A stretch of 64,000 nucleotides of DNA from Octopus sinensis. Lineage: Eukaryota. The DNA lies in the NCBI RefSeq assembly GCF_006345805.1, contig NC_042997.1:113150001-113214000 (forward strand). The letters are read 5' to 3'. Position 1 is the first letter of the stretch. The number at the start of each line of letters is the position of its first letter. Below the pieces are notes generated by a model. It was not told where the DNA came from, ran no database searches, and saw only the letters and a program-made list of their open reading frames with translations. Both the position numbers and the translations under genes were made by a program. Positions 38,019 to 51,125 of the stretch are shown one piece after another.

Positions 38019-38951
38019 TACTACTACTACTACTACTATTGGTGGTGAGCCAGCAGATTCATTAGCATGCTGGATGAAATGTTTAGCAATATTTCACCTG
38101 TCGCTATGTTCTGAGTTCAAATTCCGCCAAGGTCGACTTTGTCTTTCATCTTTCTGGGGTCGATAAAATTAGTACCAGTTGAACACTAGGATCGATATAC
38201 TTGACTCATCCACTTCCCTGAAATTGTTGGCCTTGTGCCAAAATTTGAAATTATCCTTATTATGCTGCTGATGATGTAATGTCTCCTGAGGATTGAGAGA
38301 TTAAGAGTGCATGGAAACTCCAACTAACAACGTCTGTGTGGTGTTAAAGCCATAATGATATTTTTTAGGCAGCTGATGAAGGGATGTGTACATTTCTATT
38401 TGTATGTGAGGTTGACTATGAACATTTCATATCTTGTGTTCTCATTGTTTCGGAGTTGTTCTTCACTGAGATTCTAGTTTTAGGGAGTTTATAGTTTATG
38501 GAAGTCCCACTACATGTTATCTTGTGCAAGTGTTTTCTGCTATAACCCCAGACCAACCAATGTTTTCAGAGCGGATTTGATAGAGGGAAACAGATGGAAG
38601 CCTGTGGTGTATATGTATATATATATGTGTGTGTGTGTATGTGTGTATACATAAACACATACACATGCACACACAGCCACATACACACATCAATATTGTG
38701 TGTGTGTATTAGTGTCCCCTTGATATCACAAAATAGTTGTGAATGGGCATCAGTGTCGTTCGTTTCCAATCTACCATAGAAGCATGTCTGGTCATAGGCA
38801 AACATAACCTTGGTTGGAAACAGGTGAAGGTTGATGACAGGATGGGCATCCAGCTGTAGAAAATCTTCCTCACTAGACAGCCCACCAGATGCAAGCAGGG
38901 AAGGGTGGAATAGACATGATGATAATGATTATATATATATATAATAATAAT

Positions 38952-39262
38952 ATGAGGGAATATTATTCCAAACTTACAGGGAAAAATTCAATTTAGAAAT
39001 ACAAAATCAAATTTCACAAAATATAATATATATATATATAAATTAGAAAAAAACCACCTTTTATCAATTCAAAATGAAAAATTAAATTACATATAATAGA
39101 AAGATTAAATATAAGATAAAAAATATAACGATTTTATATTATTTTGTACATTACTTAATCATCGTTATATATTTTATCTTATATTTAATCTTTCTATTAT
39201 ATGTAATTTTCTAGATGGTGTAATTCAATTTTTTCATTTTGAATTGATAAAAGGTGGTTTTA

Positions 39263-39269
<7 letters not shown>
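38952..39269. repeat. AT-rich foldback element, copy 1 (leader ~38952-39030; hairpin ~39041-39269)
   Basis: Arms aattagaaaaaaaccaccttttatcaattcaaaa...ataacgat and their reverse complement. The leader is shared with the 45705 copy. Confidence 0.85.
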
Positions 39270-39319
<50 letters not shown>

Positions 39320-39686
39320 ACCTGTGTGTGTGTGTGTAATAACGAATATATTAAGGTGGATGGGGACTACCTATATGATCTGCTAGAAATAGGAGCCAAA
39401 TGTCTCTCAGATCACATCCTACCAACTTCAAAGAGAAAAGAAAAGTATAATTGAATGACGAATTGAAAAGATTTGGGAAAATAGGATGTTCACAGCAAGC
39501 CTTTAACCAAGGGGAGCTCCATTAGAGCTGACCTAGGGTTAAACAATAACAACAACAACAACAACAACAATGGTGATCTAAAAGAAATGGTTTGATGCTA
39601 TTAATTGCAGAACTATTGACAGAAATGAAACAATATTTTGCCAAGCTTTCTTTTCTCTCTCTCTCACTCTCTTCCTCTCTCTCCCT

Positions 39687-39721
<35 letters not shown>

Positions 39722-39725
<4 letters not shown>

Positions 39726-39844
39726 TCTGATATCTTCAATATCATTTCCTATACATTCTTCTTTATCAAACAGTGATTGCTGAGTAGCCATATTTATTGA
39801 CTTGTAATCCTCAAAGTCTGTTCCAATAATCCTGGACACAGTTA
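39722..39844 (-). CDS. Candidate third exon of the unrecognised minus-strand gene
   Basis: Acceptor ttctgtacttaaaacag|, donor A|gtgaga. The exon is 123 nt, phase 1-1, open as (V)TVSRIIGTDFEDYKSINMATQQSLFDKEECIGNDIEDIRE, and is phase-compatible with the 51061-51125 exon. The splice signals are only moderate. Confidence 0.35.
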
Positions 39845-40091
39845 CTGTTTTAAGTACAGAATACAGCTACTTTTATATGCCACACACACACACAGACAAA
39901 CATATTTATGTATATGTTTATATATATGTATACTTATATATATGTGTGTGTATAATATATATATATATACTAGCAGCGTTGCCCTGGTATGTAAGAAACT
40001 TTGTCGATAAGCAATTCCCTTTACCTTTTTACCCTTTTTTGTACTCATTGAACCGTTATTTTGTTTTTTATAAGCGTTAAAATGTGTACAA

Positions 40092-40309
40092 TAAGATACA
40101 AATAAGATGATGATTTATCTTTGAAAGCAGATACCCCATTGGAACAGTAGAAATATTGGATAAATTACCCTTACAAAGTAGTAATTTCAACAACCAGCCA
40201 TGGTTCTTGAAAAATTTTTCTATTTTGCAAGGGTAATTTATCCAACATTTCTACTGTTCCAACAGGGTATCTGCATTCAAAGATAAATTATCATCTTATT
40301 TGTATCTTA
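40092..40309. repeat. Long inverted repeat, ~86-bp arms with a ~46-bp spacer
   Basis: taagatacaaataagatga...ggataaattacccttacaaa versus ttttgcaagggtaatttatcc...tcatcttatttgtatctta. Confidence 0.88.
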
Positions 40310-40323
40310 AAAATATATATACA

Positions 40324-41104
40324 CTAGCAGCATAGCCCGGCGTTGCCCGGTATGTAAGAAACTTTGTCGATAAGCAATGCCCTTTACCTTTTTACCCTTT
40401 TTTGTACTCATTGTACTCATTTACTATTTTGTAAAATGAAGCCTAAAAGGCATTAAGGCATTCAAGGCACCATTCCCTTGCATGCATGAAGAAGTAGGGA
40501 AAATCTATGTGAACTTTCAAAAAATATTGCAGAAAAATCGGTTTGCTATGTGTGCCACATATGATGTAATTAACCGATTTTTTCCAGTAATAATGTATCC
40601 TATTGGAATGAAAAGGGCCATATAGCTCCTTGGAGCAGACATGATGCTCGCTGTGAATTTAAAAAAAAATTCCTGCCAATTTGTTAAAGATATTGTCGAA
40701 AATATGTCATCTTGAATTTGAACGCGATTTCCCAAAATGGCATGATTTTATCGATTTTTTCTGATGGTAAGGTATTGCATGGAAAACTAACGACAGAATT
40801 AGGTTCCTTAGGGTAACATTAAGCTTCACCATGAGTTTGGTGAAAATCGATTGCATGTTGCGAAAACTACAACGGAAAATGTGTTGCATATGATAAGCTT
40901 AGATTCTAGACCCCATGTCGAATTTATCGATTTTTTTCAGAACTGGGGGAACTTTTCAAAATTTTCGCTGCATTAGTTTTGAATTATGACATTGGGCTAT
41001 GTGTGTGTCAAGTTTCATCAGAATCGGTTGAAAGCCGTGGTCAGGGTGAGGGTACAACCTGACAGACACACAGACAGACAACTTGCCTTTTATATATATA
41101 GAGA
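40324..41104 (-). mobile_element. Non-autonomous Helitron
   Basis: On the minus strand the 5' end is A|TCTCTATATATA and the 3' end is a GC-rich hairpin (ccgggcaacgccggg) about 10 nt before CTAG|T. A GACA-type microsatellite lies near the 5' end. The 3' terminus is duplicated at 39970-40050. Confidence 0.7.
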
Positions 41105-41144
41105 TATATGTATATATATATATATGTATATATATATGTGCGTG

Positions 41145-41279
<135 letters not shown>

Positions 41280-41685
41280 GTATATATATATTCTTAATAC
41301 ATTCCAGCAGGTTCAAATATGACTAAGGTAATTGCTGTTGTCTTCTTCACAGCACAATAACTTCTACTTTACAAAGTATGTTACAACATATTCATTAGTA
41401 CAATGTATATATATGTCTATATATATATATTTATTTATTTATTTATGTATGTATGTATTAGACTTTACTATTTTTTGCATGTTAGAATTCTTTGTCGAAG
41501 AAAGGAGCTGGTTTCTAATAAAGAAACATCACTGTAATGTTGCTAAAACAATCAACAGCTGCTGCTACACTTTGAACCTTGCAAAAGACTTGCAGATTTT
41601 TACTGTTCCACTTGCAGATTGTATTTGCAAAGTGTGTGTTAGCCAGTCTCTTTATGTGCTCGAAAATCCTAGCTTTTTCCAGATT

Positions 41686-42234
41686 CTGGTGATGGTGGTG
41701 GAGGTGGTGGTGGTGGTGGCAATGATGATGGTGTTGTTGGTAGTGGAGGTGGCAGTATTGGTGGTGATGGAGATGATAGTAGTAGTGGTGGTACTTGTGG
41801 TAGTAGTGGTGGTGGAAGTGGTGGTAGTGGTGGTGGTACTTGTGATGATGGTGGTGGTGGTAGCGGTGGTGGTGGTAGAGGTGGTGGCAATGATGGTAGT
41901 AGTGGTGGTGATGGTGTTGGTAGTAGTGGTGATGGAAGCAGTGGTGGTGGTGGTGGTATTACTGGTGGTGATGGTGGTGGTGTTGTCGATGTTCATGTTA
42001 TTGATTTTTGCATTAGCAGTGGTGATAGTGGTGGTTGTGATGGTAATCATGGTGATACTCATTGTTGGTGGTGGGAGTGGAGGGGGCTGGTAGTGATGGT
42101 AGTGGGTGGTAGTTTTATTTTGGTTGGTGGTGATTGTAGTAGTCATGGTGGTATTGGTGTTGAAGGTGGTGGTGGTAGTTTTCATGATGGTAATAGACTT
42201 GGCGGTAGTAATAGTAATAGAAGTAGTGATTGCT

Positions 42235-42286
<52 letters not shown>

Positions 42287-42685
42287 AGCAGCAGTAGTGG
42301 TGATGATGGTGGTGGTGGTAGTAGCAGCAGTAGCAGCAGTAGTAGTAGTAGACGTAGTAGTAGTAGTTGTAGTAGTAGTAGTAATAGTAGCGGTAGTAAA
42401 GCAGTAACAGTAGTAGCTGTAATAGTAGTGGTGGTGAGAGTAATGGTAGTAGCAGTAGTATTAGTAGTGGTGATGGTTGTAGTAGTAGTAGATGTTGTAG
42501 TAGAACTAGTTGTAGTGGTGACAGCAGTAGTGGCTGTGGTTGTGGTTGTAGTGGTAGAGATGGTAATCATGGTAGTAGTAGTAGTAGTAGTGGTGGTGAC
42601 AGCAGTATTGGCTGTGGTTGTGGTAATGGTGGTGGTTGTAGTGGTAGAGATGGTAGTCGTGGTTGTAGTAGTAGTAGTAGTAGTA
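41686..42685. repeat. Degenerate (GTG/GTA/ATG)n trinucleotide satellite, ~1 kb
   Basis: Open in several frames on both strands (poly-V, poly-T). Confidence 0.9.
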
Positions 42686-43212
42686 TCAGTTGTTCTTCTC
42701 ATCAACTTGCTTATACTTCCATATTGGTGCCATTAATTAATCAGTCAGTTTGTTTTGCCATAAATATTTACGCCATCCTTATCTCTTCTATTTCCGTCAT
42801 TCTCCGGCACCGTTTTCCCCTCCGACCGTTTAGTTAAAGTTCATTACTGCCATCTTGGCTGATTGAAATGACAACCATTTCCTGGCCATCCACGTCAAAT
42901 AGTCACTGCACACAGGTCGAAAATAGACTCTTCTCCGTTATCGGTCACTTGTTTATTATACATGTGCAGACAAACGTAACATACACACAAACACATACAC
43001 ACACACACACATACAAACATACAGTGGGGTTAGATGGGTGCTGATGAAGGGACAAAAACACACGTATATACATACTTATACACATCATACATAACCATAC
43101 ACATATATAGAGTGGAGGCGCAATGGTCCAGTGGTTAGGGTAGTAGACTTGTGGTCACAAGATTGCGGTTTCGATTCCCAGACTGGGCGTTGTGAGTATT
43201 TATCGAGTGTGT

Positions 43213-43406
43213 GCTAGCACGGGTTGGACGGTTCGACCGGGATCTGGGAAGCCAGGAGGCTGCATCAGGCTCCAGTCTGATCTGGCAGTGTTTCTACAGC
43301 TGTTAGGAAGGGCATCCAGCCGTAGAAACACTGCCAGATCAGACTGGAGCCTGGTGCTGCCTCCTGGCTTCCCAGACCCCAGTCGAACTGTCCAACCCAT
43401 GCCAGC
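43213..43406. repeat. Hairpin made of two inverted RTE tails (~90-bp arms, ~14-nt loop)
   Basis: 43213-43302 pairs with 43317-43406. The loop is ttaggaagggcatc. Confidence 0.9.
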
Positions 43407-43769
43407 ATGGAAAACGGATGTTAAACGATGATGATGATGACCTTATTATTTAACACACTCATTTCCACTCATTTAGTTATTTATTTTTCTAAAATTTTCA
43501 TTGCATCTTGCAACCTTTTTTACTGGTGAGTGTGTTAAATAATAAGGCACTAAAAAAGAATGACTCTCCCCAGAAATAACAAAATATTTATTGCATTTTG
43601 TAATAAATACCAAGAAATATGACAATAATAGTTAAATTGTAAATATTATATGAATGACTCTGCTACATCTGCATGAAAGGCTATGCTACATAGTAGTTAG
43701 ACATGGACTATGATTACTGAGAACATGGGAAGGTGTGAAAGAAATGAAGCCAGCATGCTTCACTGAATG

Positions 43770-44310
43770 GGTAATGTCAGTGTGCATGTATGACAGAGTG
43801 TAAGTGATTTGGGTGTATGAGGCATCAGATGAAGTGTGCAAGGGAGAAAACTGCACTGGTCATGAGATGCATGTGATTGAGAACAGCTGCACCAAGAAGT
43901 ACTGCTTTCTGATTGTGCAGGGAATGTGTGGAAGGGGTAGATCCATCATGGAAGATGTGGGATTAAGTAGTGTGAAAAGATTTTCAGATGTTGGCCCTCC
44001 CACAGGAGATGACAAGAGACCACGACTTCTGGCTGTTTTCTGTGCTTGAGAAGACATACCAAGCTAAGTAAAATCGTGGCTGTCCATGCATACAGGCATG
44101 TTCCCCACATCTCTCTCTCAGCCGAGAGATCCTAGTCTTGCAGGCTCGTGGGTGCTGGTGCCATGCAAAAGTATCCATGCAAGTACCACATAAAATGCCT
44201 GTACCAGTACCATGTAAAAGTAGCTGCACAAGTGCCATGTAAAGCCAGCTAGTACATTCTGAAAATTGGTTGGCGTTAGGAAAGGCATCCAGCCATAGAA
44301 ACCATGCCAA
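43770..44310 (+). mobile_element. Degenerate RTE LINE 3' fragment
   Basis: ORF 43804-44049 has ...SCTKKYCFLIVQGMCGRGR..., homologous to 48411-48602, and is followed by tail sequence. Confidence 0.65.
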
Positions 44311-44519
44311 CATAGAAAAATGGAGTGTGCATCACTTCCTCTGTATCAGCTTGCCTTGGCTTTCAGTTATAACCACTCATGACACCATGGACCTAGTCCT
44401 GGATGAAGAGTTTGGAGTTTAATTTCAAATTCATTTGAGCACTACAACATGTTTTCTGTACTGAGCATATCTAGCTCTCACACATTGTCTATATATATAT
44501 ATGTCTGTCTGTCTGTCTA

Positions 44520-44564
<45 letters not shown>

Positions 44565-45704
44565 TCATCATCGTTTAACATCCGCTTTCCATGCTAGCAT
44601 GGGTTGGATGATTTGACTGAAGACTGGCGAACCAGACTCCAATCTGATCTGGCAGAGTTTCTACAGCTTGATGCCCTTCCTAATGCCAACCACTCCAAGA
44701 GTGTAGTGGGTGTTTTTACGTGCCACCAGCACGAGGGTTAGTCAGGTGGTTTTGGCGATGACCATGCTCAAAAGGTGTTTTTTACGTGCTACCTGCACGG
44801 GAGCCAGTATAGCAGCACTGGCAAGGACCACGCTCGAATGTTGTTTTTCACATGCCACCGGCACATGTGCCAGTAAGGCCATGCTGGCAACAATCTTGGT
44901 GCTTTTCACGTGCCACCAGATGGGAGCCAATCCGTGGCCTGGCAATGATCATGCTTGGATGCGCTTTTAATGTTCCACTGGCATGAGTACCAATCAGGCA
45001 GTACTGTCATCAGCCACATCAGCAATTTTGATTTGATTTCACTTGCCTCAGTGGGTCTTCGTAAGCAAAGTTTATTGTCCAATGAATGAGGGGGTAGTCA
45101 TAAGTGGGCTGGTTCCACCCCACGCTTTTAACGTTCCACTGGCATGAGTGCCAATCAGGTGGTACTATCATCAGCCCAATCAGTGATTTTGATATAGGGC
45201 CTCCAGCTGTAAAAACCTTGCCAAAATTGACTTCACCTGTGCTTGTGCCACATAAAAAGAACTAAGTCCATTCTACTGAGTGGTTGGGATTAAGAAGGGC
45301 ATCCAACTGTAAAAATCATGCTAAAACAGTCACAGAAGTCTGGGTCAGGCTTCAACCTAGCCAGCTCTTGTGGTAACATCCCACTCATGCTAGATGCTAG
45401 TATGGAAGGTGGACATTAAATGATGATGATGATGATGACGATGATTATATATATATATATATATATATATGTATAAGACAAGCTGGCAGAAACGTTTGCA
45501 CGCTGGGCGAAATGCTTAGTGGTATTTCATCTGTCTTTACATTCTGAGTTCAAATTCTGCTGAGATCGACTTTGCATTTCATCCTTTCTGGGTCGATAAA
45601 TTAAGAACCAGTTGTGTACTGGGGTCACTCTAATTGATTGGCCCCCTCGCCCAAAATTTCAGACCTTGTGCCTAGAGTAGAAAAGTATAAATATATATAC
45701 TTAT

Positions 45705-46135
45705 TTGAGGGAATATTAATCATAACTTACAGGGAAAAAATTCAATTTAGAAAAACCAAATCAAATTTCACACAATACAATATATTATACATATATATAT
45801 AAAAATTAGAAATAAACCACCTTTTATCAATTCAAAATTAACAATTAAATTACACCATCTAGAAAATTACATATAATAGAAAAATTAAAATTAAAATAAT
45901 AATAAAATACCGATGATTAAGTAAATTGCAAAAAAATAATAAAAACAATAAAAACGTATATATACCAATTATATACGTTTTTATTATTTTTTTGCAATTT
46001 ACTTAATCATCGGTATTTTATTGTTATTTTTAATTTTAATATTTCTATTATATGTAATTTTCTAGATGGTGTAATTTAATTGTTAATTTTGAATTGATAA
46101 AAGGTGGTTTTTTTCTAATTTTTATATATATATAT
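45705..46135. repeat. AT-rich foldback element, copy 2 (leader ~45705-45790; arms ~45791-45962 and ~45969-46135)
   Basis: Near-perfect ~345-bp palindrome centred near 45965, with the same arm and leader sequence as the 38952 copy, ending in (TA)n. Confidence 0.9.
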
Positions 46136-46137
46136 AT

Positions 46138-46173
<36 letters not shown>

Positions 46174-47560
46174 GTTTAATGACCACTTTGCATGCTAGCA
46201 TGGGTTGGACAATATATATATATATTTATACACGCACACACACACATATATTGTCAGAAGGTAGTTTGTTATGGCCAGTCAAAAAGTGACCATTAGTTTT
46301 TCATCTATACCTTCTAATTATTATTACTGCCCAAATGTTTTAGACTGCTTCTTTTTAGATATGTGATCTACTGACCGATATATGTACATAATCTGACAAT
46401 ATGTCTTCTTTGGTGTAAATAGTCAAGAGACAATAGAACATCAAGTTTTTATGGTAATTTTTCTGATGCCTCTATTTGCTGATCATCAATACTTAATGTT
46501 AGATGTGAGAGAAACAGAATCAATACCTACAAGATATTTTAATTGATTGCTTTTTCCATTAAAAAATGAAGTTTGTCAATAAGTCTACCATCCATTCATC
46601 CATCCACACACTCACACCATGTATATCCACCAACCTATCTGTCCGTCTGTCTGTCTATGTTTGTATCTTGCTAGCTATACCTTTTATCTTTAACGGGTTC
46701 TAGTCATTGGATTGCAGCCCAGCTGGGGTCCTGTCTGGAAGGGTTTTAGTTGAACAAATCGCTCTCTAGTATTTATGTTCTTCTTTTTAAGTCTGTTTTT
46801 TTTTCTTTTCATTTGGATTCTTTTGCTGAACTGCTAAGTCACAAGCACATAAACAAAACCAGCACTGGTTTCAAGCGGTGGTGGGAGATGAACATAGTCT
46901 CATACACACACACATATGCACATGCACGCATATACACACACATGCATGCATATACACATGAAACAGCGCATACATATGCACATACACATGCACACGAACA
47001 AGCATGCACACATAAGCACACACATTCATACACATGCACACACACATGCATGCATATACACAAGCACACAAGCATACATATGCACATACACATGCACACA
47101 CATGCACATGCACACATACACACACATGTACACACACATACACATGCACACACACATGCATGCATATACACATGAACACACGCATACATATGCACATACA
47201 CATGCACAGCATCATCGTCATCATTGTTTAACGTTCGCCGTCCATGCTGGCATGGGTGGGACAGTTTGATAGGTCCAGCCATGCAGAAGCCTGCACCGAA
47301 CTTCTGCGACTGTTTTGACAGGATTTTTACAGCTGGATGCCCTTCCTAACACCAACCACTCACCAAGTAAGTACTTAAGTGTTGGGTAGTATTCTCTTAG
47401 TAGTATGCCAACAAAGCATGTCCACTGCCTACAACCACCTGACATCATCCATGGTAATTACACAACTGTTACTGGATCTTCCTCGGGGATTCCTCACTTT
47501 TCATTGAGAATATAACAAATGATAGATGGAAAATGGAGTATGCAATGAATTTTGTTGCGC

Positions 47561-47706
47561 ACAATGATCGATTCAACCCATCCTGCATCAATCCCTCACG
47601 GGTAGGATACTGTGCAACTGGTTGTGGTGCATCACTCGTTACAGGAGTGTCTCGTGAGGTCTCACTCGCGAGGGATTGATGCAGGATGAGTCGAAATGAT
47701 TGTTGT
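47561..47706. other. Isolated structured hairpin with a multibranched loop (unassigned)
   Basis: Perfect 19-bp inverted repeat catcctgcatcaatccctc (47579-47597) / gagggattgatgcaggatg (47670-47688), extendable on both sides. Small inner stems include cactc/gagtg and gtgag/ctcac. Confidence 0.55.
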
Positions 47707-47910
47707 GAATAATAAAGTTTCTCATGTATTCCATTTTTCTTACTCTTTACTCTTTTACTTGTTTCAGTCATTTGAATGTGGTCATGCTGGAGCACCATCT
47801 TTAGTCGAGCAAATCGACACCAGGACTTATTCTTTGGAAGCCTAGTACTTATTCTATTAGTCTCTTTTGCTGAACCGCTAAGTTATGGGGACGTAAACAC
47901 TCAAACATAT

Positions 47911-47949
<39 letters not shown>

Positions 47950-48399
47950 TATATATATACGCTAGGCTTCTTTCAGTTTCCGTCTACCAAATCCACTCAC
48001 AAGGCTTTGGTCGGCCTGAGGCTATAGTAGAAGACACTTGCCCCAAGGTGCCATGCAGTGGGACTGAACCCGGAACCATGTGGTTGGCAAGCAAGCTACT
48101 TCTATCATTTCTTACATAAATTATAAACAAAATCAAACTCACATACACAAGGTGTGTTGTCAATTTGTGGGTCGGCTGTAGTTTTTCGGTGTAAGTGAAT
48201 ATATTCTCTATGTGCCTGGTGTAAAAACACCTGAAAGTAAGTCCCAGTCAAACAAGACAACTCACATAGGTCCTTTCCAGGAGCGACAAAATATTGATGT
48301 TTCGTCATTGTTTTGACTTATCAAAGTCGCATACTGAACAAGGTTCGCTGCAAGCCATCTCACCGACTATAACTATATGCTAAATGGTTTGAACTAACA

Positions 48400-49080
48400 A
48401 CACACATAGCTTGTGCATGTGTGTTCGATTAAGAAGCATCAGATGTGATGTGCAAGAGAGACGACTGCACTGGTATGGTCATGTGTTGCGTATGGATGAG
48501 GACAACTGTGTGAAGAAGTGTTACACCCTAACAGTGGAGGGAACCTGTGGAAGAGGTAGACCCAGGAAGACATGGAATGAGGTGGTGAAGCACGACCTTT
48601 GAACGTTGGGCCTCTCAAAGGCAATGACAGGAGACTGTGACCTTTGGAGATATTATGTGCTTGAGAAGACCTGGCAAAGCAAGTGAGACTGTAGCCATGG
48701 CCGATGCCAGTGTCATATAACTGACCCATTTAAGAGTACCCTTCAATAGTTGTGCAATAAACTGTGCTTGAGAAGACCTGTTGAGTTAAATGAAATTGTA
48801 GTCATGGTCGATGCCAGTGCCACCTGACTGGCACCCGTGCCAGTGGTATGTAGAAAGCACCATTCAAGTGTGGTCAATACCAGTGCTGCCTGACTGGCAC
48901 CCGCGCCGGTGACATGTAAAAAGCACCTACTACACTCTCAGAGTGATTATCATTAGGAAGGGCACCCAGCTTTATAACCTTTGCCAGATCAGATTGGAGC
49001 CTGGTGCAGCCTCCTAGCTTGCTGGTGCTCAATCAAACCATCCAACCCATGCCAGCATGGATGATGGATGTTAAACGAGC
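48400..49080 (+). mobile_element. 5'-truncated RTE LINE: RT C-terminus, 3' UTR and tail
   Basis: ORF 48411-48602 reads RRLHWYGHVLRMDEDNCVKKCYTLTVEGTCGRGRPRKTWNEVVKHDL, the RL.W.GHV.R / GRPR..W signature of RTE-clade C-termini. It continues into the abundant tail repeat. Confidence 0.88.
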
Positions 49081-49816
49081 TGCTTCTAATTCGTAATATA
49101 TATATAATAATATCAAGCTTCCACTCAATTACCATCTTCCTTATTTAATCACAAGGGGCATTGGTCAACTTGGTACTTGCCGAAGAAATACAGTGAAACT
49201 TTGGTTCACAAATTTAATTCATTCCCGAAGGCTGTTCATCACCTGAAACTATTTTTCTCTAAAGGAAACTCAAGAGAAGGTGAATTTGAACAGAAACGTG
49301 CATTGGGTGAAAGCTATACAACAACTAACACTTTCCTGTTGACAGTTCCAACTTGTCTCCAGCAGTTGTTGCCGGCTTGTGTGTTCGTTACTGGAGACAC
49401 TGTTTGTCACCAGAGATGTTTTATATTTGAAAAGTTGATCATAAACCGATTTGATCATGATGAGATGCATTCATAAGCGACTGTACATATGCCTCTGTGT
49501 GTGTGTGCGTGTGTGCGTGTTTGAGTATATGATTTGTGTAAATGTATTTGCATCATATTTATTTGAGAGGGCGCTTGCACTTTATTTACACACACACTCA
49601 CCCACACACACGTGTACAGATAAAAATAGATGACACACACGTTCACACGCATACACATGTAAACAACCACACGTACAAATACATATGTAATTACACCCAT
49701 ACATACATGCATACACATATATACATTCATACGCAGATATACATGCATACATCCATTCATACACACGTACACATACATAAATACACATGTACATGCAAAT
49801 ACATATAATTGTACAT

Positions 49817-49850
<34 letters not shown>

Positions 49851-50350
49851 CTTTATCCTTATCTGTTAGAGAATTAAGAGAAGCCATAGTTTATACGATT
49901 TAGCTTCTGGGGTTTTACTTAATTCGGTTATAATCAGGAATATCTTTATGACTAGTTTAATCAATACTATGTCCAGAAGTCCCCTAACGATCTTTGCTTT
50001 ATATTGACCCTTTCACTAAGTTCTATTCATTGTGATCGCTGGGATTTCATCTATCGATTATTATTCATCAATGTAGTCGTGGAACAAAAAGAACGAACAA
50101 AGTCGATGTTTTCGGAGCAAGATTTGAAAAACATTTGAAGGACAGAGAACGAAGGGCGGCGGAGTATGAAGGACGCGCAGTATATATTTGTGTTGCTGTG
50201 GTCGAACGATGGATTATAATTTTCTCACTTTTGCTTTTGTGTGTCTATGTAGAAAGACATTAGAAAGACATTAAGTATGAGTGAAGATGAAAATGGATTC
50301 TGGAAATATGGAGGAGTGAAATGGCTGAGGGTGAAAGACAGAGAAAAAGA

Positions 50351-50486
<136 letters not shown>

Positions 50487-50497
50487 CATATATAGAT

Positions 50498-50542
<45 letters not shown>

Positions 50543-50581
50543 AAAATGGATGGATAGACAGAGAAATGTATAGATAGATAA

Positions 50582-50623
<42 letters not shown>

Positions 50624-51060
50624 GGATAGACAGAGAAATGAATGGATAGATAGAGAAATAGATGGATAACGTTGTCTTTCTGTCTCTCACTTTATACACA
50701 CGTACACACACATATACGTTTATATGTGTGTGTGTGCGTGGAAAATGGACGTTAAATGTTGATCATACACATGTACACACACGAGAAAGATAGATAGACA
50801 ATAACATAAAAATGTAAATGTGAAGCAAGTTGATGTGTTTGCAGTTTGTCTTCTGAGCCTTGAGGCACTGCAGAGTTTCAGTACAAAATCTACTCCAAAG
50901 ATAAAGGTGTTACACCAAGACTTTGTTTTGTATGACGTCTTTTGTATTCATTTATATTTTCTATATATTTATTTATATTTAATTTTATTTAGTAATTTAT
51001 GTTACTATATAAGAATATATTTTTTCAATCTTTCTACATTATTTTTGTAAGAATATTCAC

Positions 51061-51125
51061 CTACTTCTCCTGATTTCCAGATAAAATCAATATCTATTTC
51101 AGTAATAGAAATAGCATTGGAAGAA
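51061..51125 (-). CDS. Probable second exon of an unrecognised minus-strand gene
   Basis: Branch point and acceptor ctaacctacttgtttctgttccttag|, donor AG|gtgaat. The exon is 65 nt and only the phase-2 entry frame is open, giving (C)SSNAISITEIDIDFIWKSGEV. This matches the phase-2 exit of the 55814-55872 exon. Confidence 0.55.

Noticed and set aside
38372-38395. CTGATGAAGGGA hammerhead-like starts here and at ~43041
   Set aside because: There is no closing stem II followed by GAAA, so the motif is incomplete.
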